A stretch of 55,352 nt of DNA, filler included, from Squatina squatina (lineage: Eukaryota), in assembly GCA_031763465.1 (NCBI GenBank). It is 3 parts of 3 records of this genome, joined end to end, with 100 filler letters (N's around TTAATTAATTAA, not from the genome) between each part and the next. Parts side by side here need not be neighbours in the genome. Positions count along the whole stretch, not along the records: positions 19,549 to 38,713 come from JARFOE010000004.1; positions 38,814 to 55,352 come from JARFOE010000013.1; 1 more part is not named here. One strand, given 5' to 3'. Below the pieces are notes generated by a model. The model saw only the letters and a program-made list of their open reading frames with translations, was not told the DNA's origin and ran no database searches. Made by a program: the position numbers and the translations under genes. Below are positions 36,248-49,422 of this stretch, piece after piece. Every line of letters begins with the position of its first letter. Position 1 is the stretch's first letter.

Positions 36248-36347
36248 NNNNNNNNNNNNNNNNNNNNNNNNNNNNNNNNNNNNNNNNNNNNNNNNNNNNN
36301 NNNNNNNNNNNNNNNNNNNNNNNNNNNNNNNNNNNNNNNNNNNNNNN

Positions 36348-36552
36348 TTGAAACTCCGTTCCTCAAAAGGCTGTGGATTTTGGGACAATTGGAGCTTTCA
36401 GGACTGAGATACATTTTTGGTAGGTAGAGTCTCAAGGGATATGGGGCAAAGTTGGGTAAATGGAGTTGAGGTGAAGATTCCCCATGATCTAATTGAATGG
36501 CGGAGCAGGCTCGAGGGGCGGAATGGGCTACTCCTATTCCTTTGTTCCTATT
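36348..36552 (+). mobile_element. CR1 LINE 3' end
   Basis: AAGGGATATGGGGCAAAG...GAATGGCGGAGCAGGCTCGAGGGGCGGAATGGGCTACTCCTATTCC tail. Confidence 0.82.
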
Positions 36553-37008
36553 CGCAACCTTCAAGTCACTGAGTGACATGTTGCCATGTCTGGTGCCTCC
36601 TTTTGTATATCTCGGAGATGTCCTCCCCCAATCAACAATGAACCATGTGTCAGCAACAACTGGCATTTATACAAAATTCCTTTAAAAGCAACAACAACAA
36701 TGACTTGTATTTTCACAGCGCCTTCAACAGAGAAAAACGTCCCAAGGCGCTTCATGGTGTGCCAATCCATTTCAGAAGTTATCAGCACTTAAGAGGTCCT
36801 CGCTGTTAAATCTGCATATTTCCATTTACTGTCCAGCCATTTTCATCAAAGATTCCACGCTCCAAAGCTGGATTCGGAGCTTGTCGATATTTGCACTGCT
36901 TCAGTGCCTCCTTAGCCATTTCCAATGCATCAAAAAATCATTACTGTAGGTATGATTTCATTGCTGCCAAGATATTTTAAAGCTGTTTACACCTGTTAAT
37001 GTTGGCTG

Positions 37009-37165
37009 CAATGTTCCCTCTATTTTTTTTTTGGGGGGGGTGGGGGGTGGCATGGGACCCATTCAAAAATCCCCGCATGTGCGTTTTTTACATTTAAAAG
37101 CCGGCTCACCGGCCGCACAGGATCTCTAGAGTGCCGCGCAGCCATGCAGCTTAAAGGGAACATTG
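37009..37165. mobile_element. 157-bp hAT-type MITE, copy 2
   Basis: TIRs CAATGTTCCCTCTA / TAAAGGGAACATTG. Flanks GTTGGCTG / TTTGGCGG (6 of 8). Interior is homologous to copy 1 (CCCATTCAAAA, CATTTAA(G/A)AGCCGG, TGCAGCTTAAAGG). Confidence 0.85.
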
Positions 37166-38713
37166 TTTGGCGGTTCATGAAATATTGGAGAAGGCATATA
37201 TTTCTCTTGTTTTTCAATAAGAGAGAAATGTTGGGCCCATAGTGCCCCAGGGCAGGCTCAGCTGAACTATTAGATTAATATGTGGTCTATCATTACCTCT
37301 GACTGGATTAGGTCAACCTCATTAGCAATTAGAGAGATGAACATCTCACATCTCTGCCTCATTCAGATGTACAATTAATGATCTGTGAAATCCAAATTGA
37401 ATGTGGGCAGTTTGCTATAACTGAAAATGCATTTTGGTGTCATCNNNNNNNNNNNNNNNNNNNNNNNNNNNNNNNNNNNNNNNNNNNNNNNNNNNNNNNN
37501 NNNNNNNNNNNNNNNNNNNNNNNNNNNNNNNNNNNNNNNNNNNNTGAGGTTACAGTTTGATAAAGCTCAGAGCTGTCACTGCCATGCAAAGGAGCACATT
37601 TGTAAATGTCAAGATTACTGCACTTTATAAAAAAATAAAGTACAGTACTTGTGCATCCAAGAGGAGAGCCCTAATTCCCTCCTAGAATTAAATTTGCTGC
37701 AACTATGACTGATGTCTATTGTCTACGTCCCCCCTTTCTGTCTTTGTATCCATTAAATTGGAATCTGGAATGAAGCAATAGAATAAAAAAATCGCAGACA
37801 CTGACTCATTTCTGAGCTGAAAATTCATTTGTTTTTTGTGGAGGTTGATTAATTTCAAGCACTCTATGCTTTGCGTTTTGAAGAGTTGAAGCATGCAGAG
37901 CTTAATGCAAGTAGATACTTTACTGGTTTCAATTCCCCAGTCAGGTCATCATTTCTCTTCCAAACTTCATTTATCTTGGTTAGACTGTTTTGTACCTTGG
38001 ACAGGGCACTTAAAAACTGTGTGTAAGAGCAACATTATTTTATTTACAGACAGCACAAGGACATAGACTAGGACTTTTTGTTTCTTTCCTCTCTACGTAG
38101 ATTATTGAACCTATGAGATAGACAGGCTGATTCGGAACTAAAACCCTTTTGTTGTCCAGTCAATCAAACCACATGCTTAATTTTTAAGACAATGCAGTCC
38201 TGGCAGAGAGGAATCATTAATCCAATAAGACGTTCTCAAATAAATGTCATGTTCTGTGGTAAAAGCATCTGTCTTGCTCTGAAGCCATTTCAAGGTCACT
38301 GCCACCTTACAATATTCCTTGGTGCAAATTTAATGAGGTATTTGGTGGCATGAAGCTATTAAGATTTCAAGGGGCTTGATAGGTCCTCACTAGACTGATT
38401 AATATATTTTTCATGGGACTAATCTGGCATGTAATGATGAAGTATTGAGAAATGTTCAGATCAGAATTTTATGAACTGGCTGCTTCTAAATGAAGATTTC
38501 CATTTCTTCAACTAATCCGTCATCTCACCATTGATCTCCTCTGCAGTAAATTGCATTTGAGGCGAATAATTGCTCAGTCCAAAAAAACACAGGCCTGACA
38601 AAGCATGAGCATGCTGTCAGCAAAGAGCAGTGACAGGAAAATACTCATTTCGCTAATGGTTGAGAATTGGCCTGTCTCCCCTTATTCTACATATCGGGCA
38701 AGAATTTCCTCGG

Positions 38714-38813
38714 NNNNNNNNNNNNNNNNNNNNNNNNNNNNNNNNNNNNNNNNNNNNTTAATTAATTAANNNNNNNNNNNNNNNNNNNNNNNNNNNNNNN
38801 NNNNNNNNNNNNN
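38714..38813. other. Artificial scaffold linker N44-TTAATTAATTAA-N44
   Basis: Identical to 19449-19548. Confidence 0.95.
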
Positions 38814-41501
38814 GAGTACAAAACAGGATTTCCCGTCTTGTGCTCTCATTGCCTTTTTGATATAATTATTGACTAAAGAAATTTCATCTCCATGATGATT
38901 TACAATAAAGTTCATTTGTGGGGTCCACTAGAGAGGTTTGCATTCCACTGAAATGTAACTAGTAAATAGGTTAAAAAAAAGTTCCTGTTATAAACGCATT
39001 GCAAAATAATTGAAAGCATATTAAAAGTACAGTTTTCAATTTTTAATCAATCTATTTCATAACATGATGCAATTGATGCAAAAAATTACTATAAATGCAG
39101 TGCAGTTTGCTGGAACTTGACCCATTTTATAATATTCACCATATACCGCAAGTATAATCAGGAACAATTAAAGAAATAGGAAAGAAATTAATGCCAAGGG
39201 AGCAATAATTTAAAGTAATGCCAATTTGTCTCATCTTTCTGGAAACAGGTGACACTGTATTAAAGCAAAATAAAATTACAAATAAAATTCTTGCGAGTCT
39301 GATAGCATTAAAAATGCAAGCCAGCGATATCTAACAAATCATATGCCACGTGCTATGACAACCTCACTGTAGTGACTTAAATTGGTAGATTCTACCTTCG
39401 CACCAGTTTGCCATAATGCTAGCAGGCTAGTTTAGTGCAAACCATGGAATAAGATAATTTCAGAAACAACTTTAGATGAATGGAGTCCAACCCAGCTGCT
39501 GGATCCAACAATGCCCAACAGCTTTTGAATCAGACCCATCTTTTGCAAGTATTCAGTTTTAAAATATATTTTTTGCACATGGTAAATTGTTTCCCATTTC
39601 AGTGTAAAAATCCAAAATGTTTAACGAATAAAAGCAAAACCCAATTTGATTCAAATCTGATGACATTATGATTGATTCCTTCACCCCACGATCTGACAGA
39701 AATCATCCATAGGAGAATACAGTATGAGAAATATGTAATGAGCACATCCTGAAGTAACACTTGCATTGGAACAGCAAACAATTGAGAAAATAGTTACGAA
39801 GCTGTTGCTAATTTTGAGGCACTTAGAAATAATCAGGTTTTGTTTCTGTCAAAGCGGATGAAGACAGCCATCTGTCTAAACTGTAGAGACAGCTGCAAGG
39901 TGGGCTGCTCGCACATTCTACCATTGTCACGGAAGCAGAGTAGGAAATAAAGTATGCATCAGCGATGGAATGACACAGAAGGCTTTTGATGGGTGTAAAC
40001 TGCTCTAGCTATTTCTTTACAGTAAAATTTATTTGTAAAAAAACCATCGGCAATTTGTCACAAAAGACTGGAAACATGGATAAAAACACAAACGGGAATA
40101 AACACAGAGTGAGAGAAACGNNNNNNNNNNNNNNNNNNNNNNNNNNNNNNNNNNNNNNNNNNNNNNNNNNNNNNNNNNNNNNNNNNNNNNNNNNNNNNNN
40201 NNNNNNNNNNNNNNNNNNNNATATGCTGCAGACAACTTATGAACTAGTATATATATATATATATATATTTATTATTAACATGCAATATTACAAAGCCAAT
40301 CTACAAGAAAGCAAACAAGCACTTTGAAAAATTAATACTATTCCTTACCTCAGCTAAATTTCAGAAGCCAAGTTTTCTTCACAAACTCACAGTTCAATGC
40401 TGCTATGTATCTGCCTTCCTGGAAGACATGATTTTTTCCTTCTCCCCTGCTGCTCTCAAGAATGAGAGCTCACTCCACCCACACACAGAACTGTTAAGTC
40501 TACTGTAGCTATGTGATAACCATCCTCTTGCTCACAACCAGTTTTGGTCATGACGCTACAGAGGCAGATGATTGTCTGGTATATAGCCATTGGTCGCCGG
40601 ATCTTTAAAGAGCTGCTTCACCTACAACGCGCTATGCTGTTCATTCACAAGGTTTCAACAAAAGAGAAGCTTATGCAGCTTACAGCAGTGAAGCTATTAT
40701 CGAAAGACTGATATCAATTTGATATTTTTTCCCATGTACTGCACAACTACAGCCCAAGTGCAAATAAAACCTGACATGATCATAAAAGCTTGTTTTCTAA
40801 ATACAGCCTTGTTAAAAAGCTGGTACTCATGGCAACAACAAAAAATCATTAAAGCTATAAATCAGCCTCAGGACAAGTATCCAGTTTATAGCTGTACACC
40901 TTAAAAAGTCATGAATGATTACAATGGCTAATGCTTGCCTCTTATGCCTATTAACATTCATACACAGAACAGCACAGAATAAATATCTAGTTCTTCTGCC
41001 ATAAGTGACAGCAAGACAATAAACAGCACCCACAGGATAATCCATTTACTCTAAATCGTGTCTGCTGCAATCACACAACCAAGGAGAGGTTTCAATGGTT
41101 CTGCACCCAGGTGCACTGGGCGTTGTGAATATCGGAACATCAGGTGAATTGGAGCATTTGCCTGGAAAGGAACCTGCCCAACTTCCCTTTCATTCATTCA
41201 TTTCCTGCAAACCTAGGTAAAACTCCCCTCTAATAACCAAAGCATAGGTCTCTAAATGTTATCCAATTATTTGGGAAAAATTGACCAATTAAATGATTCT
41301 GTATTTTACTTATTTTCCCCCTATCTTTCCTTCCTCTGCCCATGTAAGAAAAATAACACAAAGGCCCAGAACACAAGGTGCAGGGTGGTGTATTGGGTTC
41401 GNNNNNNNNNNNNNNNNNNNNNNNNNNNNNNNNNNNNNNNNNNNNNNNNNNNNNNNNNNNNNNNNNNNNNNNNNNNNNNNNNNNNNNNNNNNNNNNNNNN
41501 N

Positions 41502-42000
41502 AAACTTTTACTCCTGATTTATCTCTGTCCTTTTCCATAATAATGCTAAAACTAACTGAATTGTGGTCACTATCTCCAGAATGGTCACCCACTGTCACCT
41601 CATCCACCTGCCCATCTTCATTTCCTGAGACTAAATCTCGAATTGCATCCCCTCTCATTGGGCTTGTCACTTGTTCTCCTGGACACAGTTCAAGAATTTG
41701 ACACCCTCTGTGCCCCTCACACTGTTTGAATCCCAGTTGATGTTAGGGTAATTGAAGTCCCCTACTATAATTGGCCTATTGTTTTTGCACTCAGAAATTT
41801 ACCTACATATTTGTTCTTCTATCTCCCTCTCACCATTTGGGGGTCTATAATACGCTCCAAGTAATGTGACTGCCCTTTTTTATTTCTTAGGTCAACCCAT
41901 ATGGCCTCGTTTGATGATCCATTTAGCATATTATCCCTTCTCACAACTGTAATTGATTCTTTAACCAATATTGCTACCCCTCCTCCTTTTTTATCACTCA
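41502..42000 (-). mobile_element. CR1 LINE ORF2 endonuclease fragment
   Basis: KKGGGVAILVKESITVVRRD..EAIWVDLRNKKG...VGDFNYPNINWD...VTSPMRGDAIRDLV...GDSDHNSVSFSI. Confidence 0.92.
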
Positions 42001-42846
42001 CACTATTCTTCTCCTCCTTCCTTCCCCTGATTTGACTTTTGCAGCAGCAAGAAGAGGGGTTGACACAGCAGTGACCAGAAAGCTAGGGATCTGCACTGCT
42101 CTGAAGGTCTGAGTGGACCTCAGAAGCTACCAAGCTGTAACAGAGGAGCACCTCCAGTTATGACTCAGTCCTAAGAAAGGTTGAGATATGACCACTTGAA
42201 TTCTGTAGCTGAACCAGTGTTCTCTATTAATCAGATGTAAGCCACAGGCAAGGATGTAGGGGAGAAGCTCAACTTGTGCCAGTTTCCGGCGCAAAACAAG
42301 TTGTGCAATCACAACGCATGCCCAATGACATTGGTGAGAGGCTCGAGCTAAATTCAGCAGCGAGCCCCAATTGAATGAAACAGGTAGTCTGTAGGCATCC
42401 CAATGCCACATACTTGTGGGAGCCTGACTGATTCTGGCTAGTTCCGATGCTGAGCCAGTTCCTAGTCAGGAGTGGGAGGAGGTAAAGTAGAGGGCTGCTC
42501 CGCCTGGCTCCACAGAAATGTAAGTTTTAAAAAGGATCACTGGTTAGGCTGGTCAAAACCTAGTACAACTAGGCAGAGTTTGCACAGCGCAAACTCCACG
42601 CACTTGTACTCGGATTTTACATTGGGGTTGGTCCTACAATCAACATTAAGACCATGACTTGCATATGTAAAGTGGCTAATGCCCATGACACCTAAAAGCT
42701 ACCCATTTCCAAAATATTGACTGGCTTATTTGCAGGCCAGATCGGGNNNNNNNNNNNNNNNNNNNNNNNNNNNNNNNNNNNNNNNNNNNNNNNNNNNNNN
42801 NNNNNNNNNNNNNNNNNNNNNNNNNNNNNNNNNNNNNNNNNNNNNN

Positions 42847-43089
42847 TGAGGAGGAATTTCTTCTCTCAGAGGGTTGTGAACCTTTGGAATTCTTTACCCC
42901 AAAGAGCTGTGGAGACTGAGTCATTGAATATATTCGACGCTGAGATAGACAGATTTTTGAGCAGCAAGGGAATCCAGGGTTAAGGGGGAAAATGCAGGAA
43001 AGTGGAGTTGAGGCGAATATGAGATCAACCATGATCTCATTGAATGACGGGGCAGGTTCGAGGGCCTACTTCCGTTCATATTTCTTATG
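42847..43089 (+). mobile_element. CR1 LINE 3' end
   Basis: RRNFFSQRVVNLWNSLPQRAVETESLNIF..EIDRFL plus 3' UTR. Confidence 0.9.
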
Positions 43090-43866
43090 GATGGGCAATA
43101 TCTGGTGGCCTTGCAAGCGACGCCAAAGAATGATGAAATCAACCATGTGCAGTTACCACCATCTTAAAAAGTATCAAAGTACTTCATATAATATCTTGTA
43201 AAATCTTAGAATAGTTAGCTAGAACAAATTGTAGCAGCAAAGACCAATAAATCATTGACATCACATTGGTCTGCATTGTAATTAGCAGTTCATTATACAT
43301 TAGTGTGTAACAGAAGTATGGTATCTAATGTGCACTTTTAAAGGTTGCCTACATATTACTGACCTTAACTCAAAAAATATCAGCATTTCTTTGAACAGTT
43401 TATAATATAGCCTGGGCAAATCTCTATTAAAATACTTCCTTAGATGAATATTTAATCGGTTCTTTTTATCAAAAAGCTGACATTATATTTTAGTAATTAG
43501 ACTAGCCCAATTAAAGCTTTCTTCTGTACTAAATAAATTAAGTTTTAATGATACTTAGCAATTCATCTGGGTGCACATGTTATTGCAAAACTGCAACTAT
43601 ATACAGATGTCATACAGTGAAATTGTTCAAGTGATTTATCAAAGCGCTCACTCTTCCCCTGACTATGTTAGCAATAACACCAATTAACATCTGAATGTTT
43701 GGTACAGATTCTTTAATAAAGCCAATTTTACACTCTCGACGAGAAAGTAGAGAGCAAGAAAAGACANNNNNNNNNNNNNNNNNNNNNNNNNNNNNNNNNN
43801 NNNNNNNNNNNNNNNNNNNNNNNNNNNNNNNNNNNNNNNNNNNNNNNNNNNNNNNNNNNNNNNNNN

Positions 43867-44066
43867 TGTCCTGTTTTTTGTGAACAGGACATACCTGGGC
43901 AGTTTTCCACATTGTCGGATAGATGCCAGTGTTTTAGCTGTACTGAAACCACTTGGCTAGAGGTGCGGCTAGTTCTGGAGCACAAGTCTTCAGGATGATA
44001 ACTGGGATGTTGTCGGGGCCCATTGCCTTTGCTGTGTCCAGTGTGCTCAGCTGTTTCTTGATATCA
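43867..44066 (-). mobile_element. LINE RT-proximal fragment (CR1/Jockey group, a different family from the other CR1 copies)
   Basis: IKKQLSTLDTAKAMGPDNIPVIILKTCAPELAAPLAKWFQYS..TGIYPTMWKTAQVCPVHKKQD. Confidence 0.85.
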
Positions 44067-44904
44067 CAGAATACAGAATCAGGAGAGAAAACTTGCAATA
44101 ACACAGACAATGAAGTGGGCGGGTTACTGTAAACAATTAACAAGGCTCAATCTGCAATATTCAAACAAGGATACAAGAAATTGTTTGCCCAAGCCATTAT
44201 TCTGTATTGTAATACATAGCAAACAAAGTCCCATAAGAATAATGCACTAAGCTCAAACTTTAAAACAGACGTATAGCAATCACAGGTACTTAAAAGCTAT
44301 TCTCAGTTGCCTTTTTGGCCCAACTTTAGTTATAGTTCAAATTGACATATATAAGCAGCACCATTCATTAGCTATGACTACTACAATCAAATACTGCAAT
44401 AGGTTCTAAAACCTCAGGTTTTACATCAGATGCTGGAAAAGGAGTTCAGTTACCACTTTAATGTTTTTCCACCGCTAGACACGCATTTAAAAAGTTCTCA
44501 TGCAAAAAAAATTTAAGAGCCCTCAAGCACGCACTACAGTTTCTATGGAAACCATTTAGAATGTTTAAACATACTTACATATATAAAAGATAATAATAGT
44601 AACACCCCACCTCCTCAAAAGGAAAAAAAAACTGAAAAAAAATAAATACTGAGGTGAACCCTGACATTGAAAGGAGAATAAAGAAAAACTCAGAAAAATA
44701 TACTTCTTCTTCAAAAGTCAGATAAGACTATTTACAAGGTTACACGTATCAATTAGCGATCTTTCGATTTTCAGTCATTCTAACGTTCAAGCCAGCTGTC
44801 AATTGGCCAAGTGAAACCAAAAGAAATGCTGTTATAGTTTACCAATGTCACAGGCCTGAACTGTTTTCATCAAGGTTGTCATTTTTTTCTTATTTTACCT
44901 ACAG

Positions 44905-45117
44905 CATTAAGAACTTCACTCCTAAAGTAGGAAAACTTGAAACACACAGAGCGATACGCCGTGCCTTTGATGTGTGGCAGAATGTAACACCCCTGACATT
45001 TGAAGAAATACCATATGAGGAGTTGGAAAACAAGAAGAGGGATGTGGACATTACAATTATGTTTGCTTCTGGTTTCCATGGTGACAGCTCACCTTTTGAT
45101 GGAGAAGGGGGCTTCCT
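44905..45117 (+). CDS. MMP16: Matrix metalloproteinase-16 (MT3-MMP) catalytic-domain exon, 3' part lost in gap
   Basis: Polypyrimidine tract with CAG acceptor ending at 44904. Encodes (S)[71 protein letters not shown]. The MT-loop region [16 protein letters not shown] and WQNVTP point to MMP16 rather than MMP14/15/24. Confidence 0.93.
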
Positions 45118-46086
45118 NNNNNNNNNNNNNNNNNNNNNNNNNNNNNNNNNNNNNNNNNNNNNNNNNNNNNNNNNNNNNNNNNNNNNNNNNNNNNNNNNNN
45201 NNNNNNNNNNNNNNNNNATCTGATATCTGACCTTGCCAACTTTCCCTCCCCGTCCTGACAAGCTCCCAAGTGGAACTAAGGTTGTGCATAAATCTTGCTC
45301 GCTTGATGGGAAGTGGACTGGCTCTGTTGAGTCTAGGAAAATCTAGGCTCACGGTCCTGGCCAGTAGGTGCTCATTCCAAGCTACTCTGGACTAATCTTT
45401 GCTGGGTATGGAAAATCTGCCCTGTCAAAGTTTTCAGATATTTTTTGGAAGCGTATTCCTCACCATTTTGGAATCAGGCCTCTCGCCAGGTCTTGTGATA
45501 ATAATTTAAGGGATAGGAGCCTTGTCGAGAGGATAATGGGACAAACCAACTTTACAACCTGTTCTGATGTGCTCATTGTCTAACAGTGCATTACTTACAT
45601 TAATCAAACTCTGGACTATTCTTCTGCTTCATCATTCACTCTATGTTTTTGGTAGTTTATATAAATAATTACAGATGTCTGAGAGTGAGTAATAACATTG
45701 TAATTTAAAAGAAGTGTTCAGGTGGTATCATAAATCATAAAGGCAAAACTTGATTAAGTTGCAGCTTTATTACTGTCTGGCTGTTAATTTTATAGTACAC
45801 ACTATGGGGTATATTTTCTTCTTTACTGCCTGGGTATTAAGCATAGCCTTGACAAGCGCACAAAAAAGGGAAAATCCAGCAAGGCAGATGGCATTCCATC
45901 AGTTTGCCATGCCTCCTAATTTGGTAGCAGTAAAATATTTCATTCCTCTTACACCTGTGTAAAAATCATATATATTAAATGGGGCCATCACTACCCACAT
46001 ACCACCACGCCGTTCAGCCTTATTTTTTGTTTTCTGTCCACTAGCCATCTCTCTACTAATGCAGCTACTTTCCCCTTTAACATCAC

Positions 46087-46255
46087 GGGGGAGAATTTCA
46101 GCTCTGGTTTCGCCCCGTTAGCACCTCCGAGGGGTGCTAACAAGACGAAACTGGACAAAATAGCACCGGGAGGCGGCTCCTGGGGAATTCACCAGGGGCA
46201 AAGTGGCCTTTACAACTGGCCCGGCGAATTCCGCGGCAAGTGGACGCGTGATGTC
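46087..46255. mobile_element. GC-rich hairpin MITE-like element, interrupted by a CR1 tail (46256-46345, minus)
   Basis: Begins GGGGGAGAATTTC and has an internal inverted repeat GTTTCGCCCCGTTAGCACC / GGTGCTAACAAGACGAAAC. Confidence 0.6.
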
Positions 46256-46446
46256 ATAAACATAGAAAATAGGAACAGGAGTAGGCCATTCGGCCCGTCG
46301 AGCCTGCTCCGCCATTCAATATGATCATGGCTGATCCTCTATTTCNNNNNNNNNNNNNNNNNNNNNNNNNNNNNNNNNNNNNNNNNNNNNNNNNNNNNNN
46401 NNNNNNNNNNNNNNNNNNNNNNNNNNNNNNNNNNNNNNNNNNNNNA

Positions 46447-46530
46447 AGGCCAGAAATACTCAACAGGTCAGGCAGTGTCCGCAGAGAAACAGAAGTTGAC
46501 GTTTTTGGTCTGAGACCCTTCCTCAGAACT
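46447..46530 (-). mobile_element. Penelope-like terminal-repeat copy with hammerhead-like core (GUC variant)
   Basis: Reverse complement AGTT-CTGAGGA-AGGGTC-TCA-GACC-AAAAAC-GTC-AACT...CTGCCTGACCTGTTGAGTATTTCTGG. The GAAA box is mutated. Confidence 0.65.
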
Positions 46531-48531
46531 CCCTTAAGAAGTCATAAGATATAGGAAAGGCCCTGACACTTTTCTGGTTTAGCTTTAACTTGTGTGTGCC
46601 TGGTACAACATCTTGGAAAATGCTTACAAGAGGAAGGAGTGAATGTGCATGAATGACAGAGGAAGGCTTCTTGCAGGAGTGAAGATTACTGGTAAGGGAT
46701 CTTTTGTTTTTTTTCTACGCACAAGGTTTGCCAAATGCTTTCATTTATTGGCACTGCGTTCTGAACCTTCTCATCAACTGTATTCTCAAATATATGTCGT
46801 GAGATCAGAGACAGTAAATCTATCCACAAGGAAAATAGAGTACAGTGCCAAAAACTCTCACGGTTAAATATAATATCAGACTTGAAATTTAGAATTATGA
46901 TAAAGGTCACATTTTATAAATTAACATAATAGATGTACAAACTTTGTAATTGCTTTTGTGTATCAGAGAAATTTGATTTAGGAGATTACTGTATAAACTG
47001 TTGCTTCCTGACTCACCTGCATCTCATTTGCACAGCAGCAAACTGAATAGCTTGGCTGGAGATTGTTAATTATCACATCAGGGACTGTGAATACATCACT
47101 AATGATCATGAAATTTGTTTCTTTACCACAGCAATACACAAAATGGAATGGTACAAATTGAGATAGAAGCTGAGTGCTGATATATTAAATGGAAACAATT
47201 CAGTTGTCAATTTATGCAACCCTTATTATAAATGTATAATTTGGATACAAATAANNNNNNNNNNNNNNNNNNNNNNNNNNNNNNNNNNNNNNNNNNNNNN
47301 NNNNNNNNNNNNNNNNNNNNNNNNNNNNNNNNNNNNNNNNNNNNNNNNNNNNNNGAACATTCTATTTGATTAGCGACAACATACAAGGAACAAAAGGAAT
47401 ATTTTATTCACTCAAATTATGGAATTGCAGAATAATTTAATATTTTATTGAATAGGTGCAGAGTTGAATAATGATCTGTTGTGTGTTGTACTTAGAGAAT
47501 TAAGGGAATTCTTTATTAGGACCTTTCACTTCAGAATTATTGTAGATGACAACATGATGTGACTGGAAAAGGTCGACAAGGCTCTTAGATCATGAAAGTT
47601 TACTTTGATTAACGTGGTGGAGAAGTGCTAACCAGCAACAGTACATCTGCCATATCGGAAGAGACTTTTTAATGATCATGTCAATGCTGTAATAGTGTTA
47701 GAGTTAGATTTGGGCTCTACTTTTCCAACTGCTAATTACCTCATGTGGGTGTTTGTGAAATCAGCTTTAGATCAAAGCTCACGGACTGTCACTTTGTCAA
47801 GAATTTCTTCATTAGCAAGTTGTCAATACAGCGTTTGCAGTCAGCCCTTGGTTTGCAGGTTTTCATCCACACTGCCGCAGAATGCAAGGAACAGGCAGAT
47901 GTCAGCCAGTTTGTTCAAGATCTTTGAAGAATCTAAAGATATTAGTTTGTGATCCAGGAAATACTCAAGGTCATGAAATACATGTTAATTTGGGCGTCAC
48001 TCGGTGCAGAGTGTTCTGGNNNNNNNNNNNNNNNNNNNNNNNNNNNNNNNNNNNNNNNNNNNNNNNNNNNNNNNNNNNNNNNNNNNNNNNNNNNNNNNNN
48101 NNNNNNNNNNNNNNNNNNNCCTTGTTCTGGGTTTATTTATAGAAGGTAATAATTAATCTGAGAACTTTCATTTCAGTGAGGGAAATGCATTATGATTAGC
48201 AAGCATCCTAATTATCTCCTGTATTGAAAATTTTCGGGTTTGCAGCAGCATCCGATGAATTAAAGTGTGAACTTTTGGATTGTTGCAGCTTTCACGCTGA
48301 AAATTATTAATAACTATATTACAGGCTCTTTATATATAACACACTGTAGCACTGAAAGCTCAAAGCAGGAGGCTGTCAAAGAAACAAGCAGGTCCCTATC
48401 ACAGGGCTTCTTTCTTGAGAGATAAAAGTTCTATTTTCTTGTAGATCCTGCTGCGTAGCTGATTTATCTCTGACTGAGAGGGCAACTGCTCAGAGCTAAC
48501 CACAAGGAGGTTCACAAAAGCAGCCCTCTAT

Positions 48532-48742
48532 GGGGTAAATTTTATGATTCAATGCTGGAGTGCACATTGAGAATTCGGGCGCACAGGGGTCAGCATGCCG
48601 GATTGAGTCCCCGCACAAATTTCCCTGGAATTTTATTTCTATTAAAAATAATGGACGGTAAATCGTGCTTGCAGGAATGAGACCTGAATTCCGACATGTG
48701 CAAAGCATCAGGTGTTCAAAACGCCCTTTGAAAATACAAGCA
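48532..48742. mobile_element. Decayed hairpin MITE-like element
   Basis: Starts GGGGTAAATTT and is CpG-enriched with partial self-complementarity (GCACAT..GAATTC / GAATTC..ATGTGC). Confidence 0.45.
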
Positions 48743-48760
48743 TATTATTCACTGCATTTT

Positions 48761-49422
48761 CTTAGGAACAAGAGGAGACCATTCAGCCCCTCCAGCCTGT
48801 TCCACCAGTCAATTAAATCATGGCTGATCTGTAACTTAACTCTATCTACCCACCTTTATTTCATAACTCTTAATATCCTTGCCTAACAAAAATCTATCAA
48901 TCTCTATCAATGCTTTATCAATGCATTCCTTTGTTTGCTGGAAGAACTCATTAAATTTGTCACAACTTGCCTTTTTACAATTCTCTACTCATGACTTTCT
49001 AAGCGAGTGGTAAGTGTATCCCGTATTGTAGACTCTGGAAGCTTACTGATGTGAAGATGACTGGTTTATAATTATCTGGTTTATTCCTGTCTCCCTTTTT
49101 GGAGCAGATGTGTTACATGTGCAACCCTCCAGTCCTCTGCCACAACTATTGTATCCAAGGATGTTTGAAATATTGTAGGCAGAGCCTCTGCTATTTCCCC
49201 TCTGACTTCCATCAGCAATCTTTGATGTGTGCCAACAAGGCCCAGTGTCTTTATCATACCCCTTCTTAACCTTCCTAATCTCTTTTGCTTCACTTTTATT
49301 TTTTCTATGCTCTGCTTGATTTTTCTTTATTAGCCCTAAATTTATCATATGCCTCTTTTTTTAATCTCTCTTTAATTTTAACTTCTGTACTAATCCACCT
49401 TTTGCTGTGCCCCTTTACTTCT
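48761..49422 (-). mobile_element. Fragmented CR1 LINE (3' UTR plus internal ORF2 pieces)
   Basis: RLLMEVRGEIAEALPTIFQTSLDT..AEDWRVAHVT.L..KG....PDNYKPV, with a CR1 tail at 48761-48905. Confidence 0.85.
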
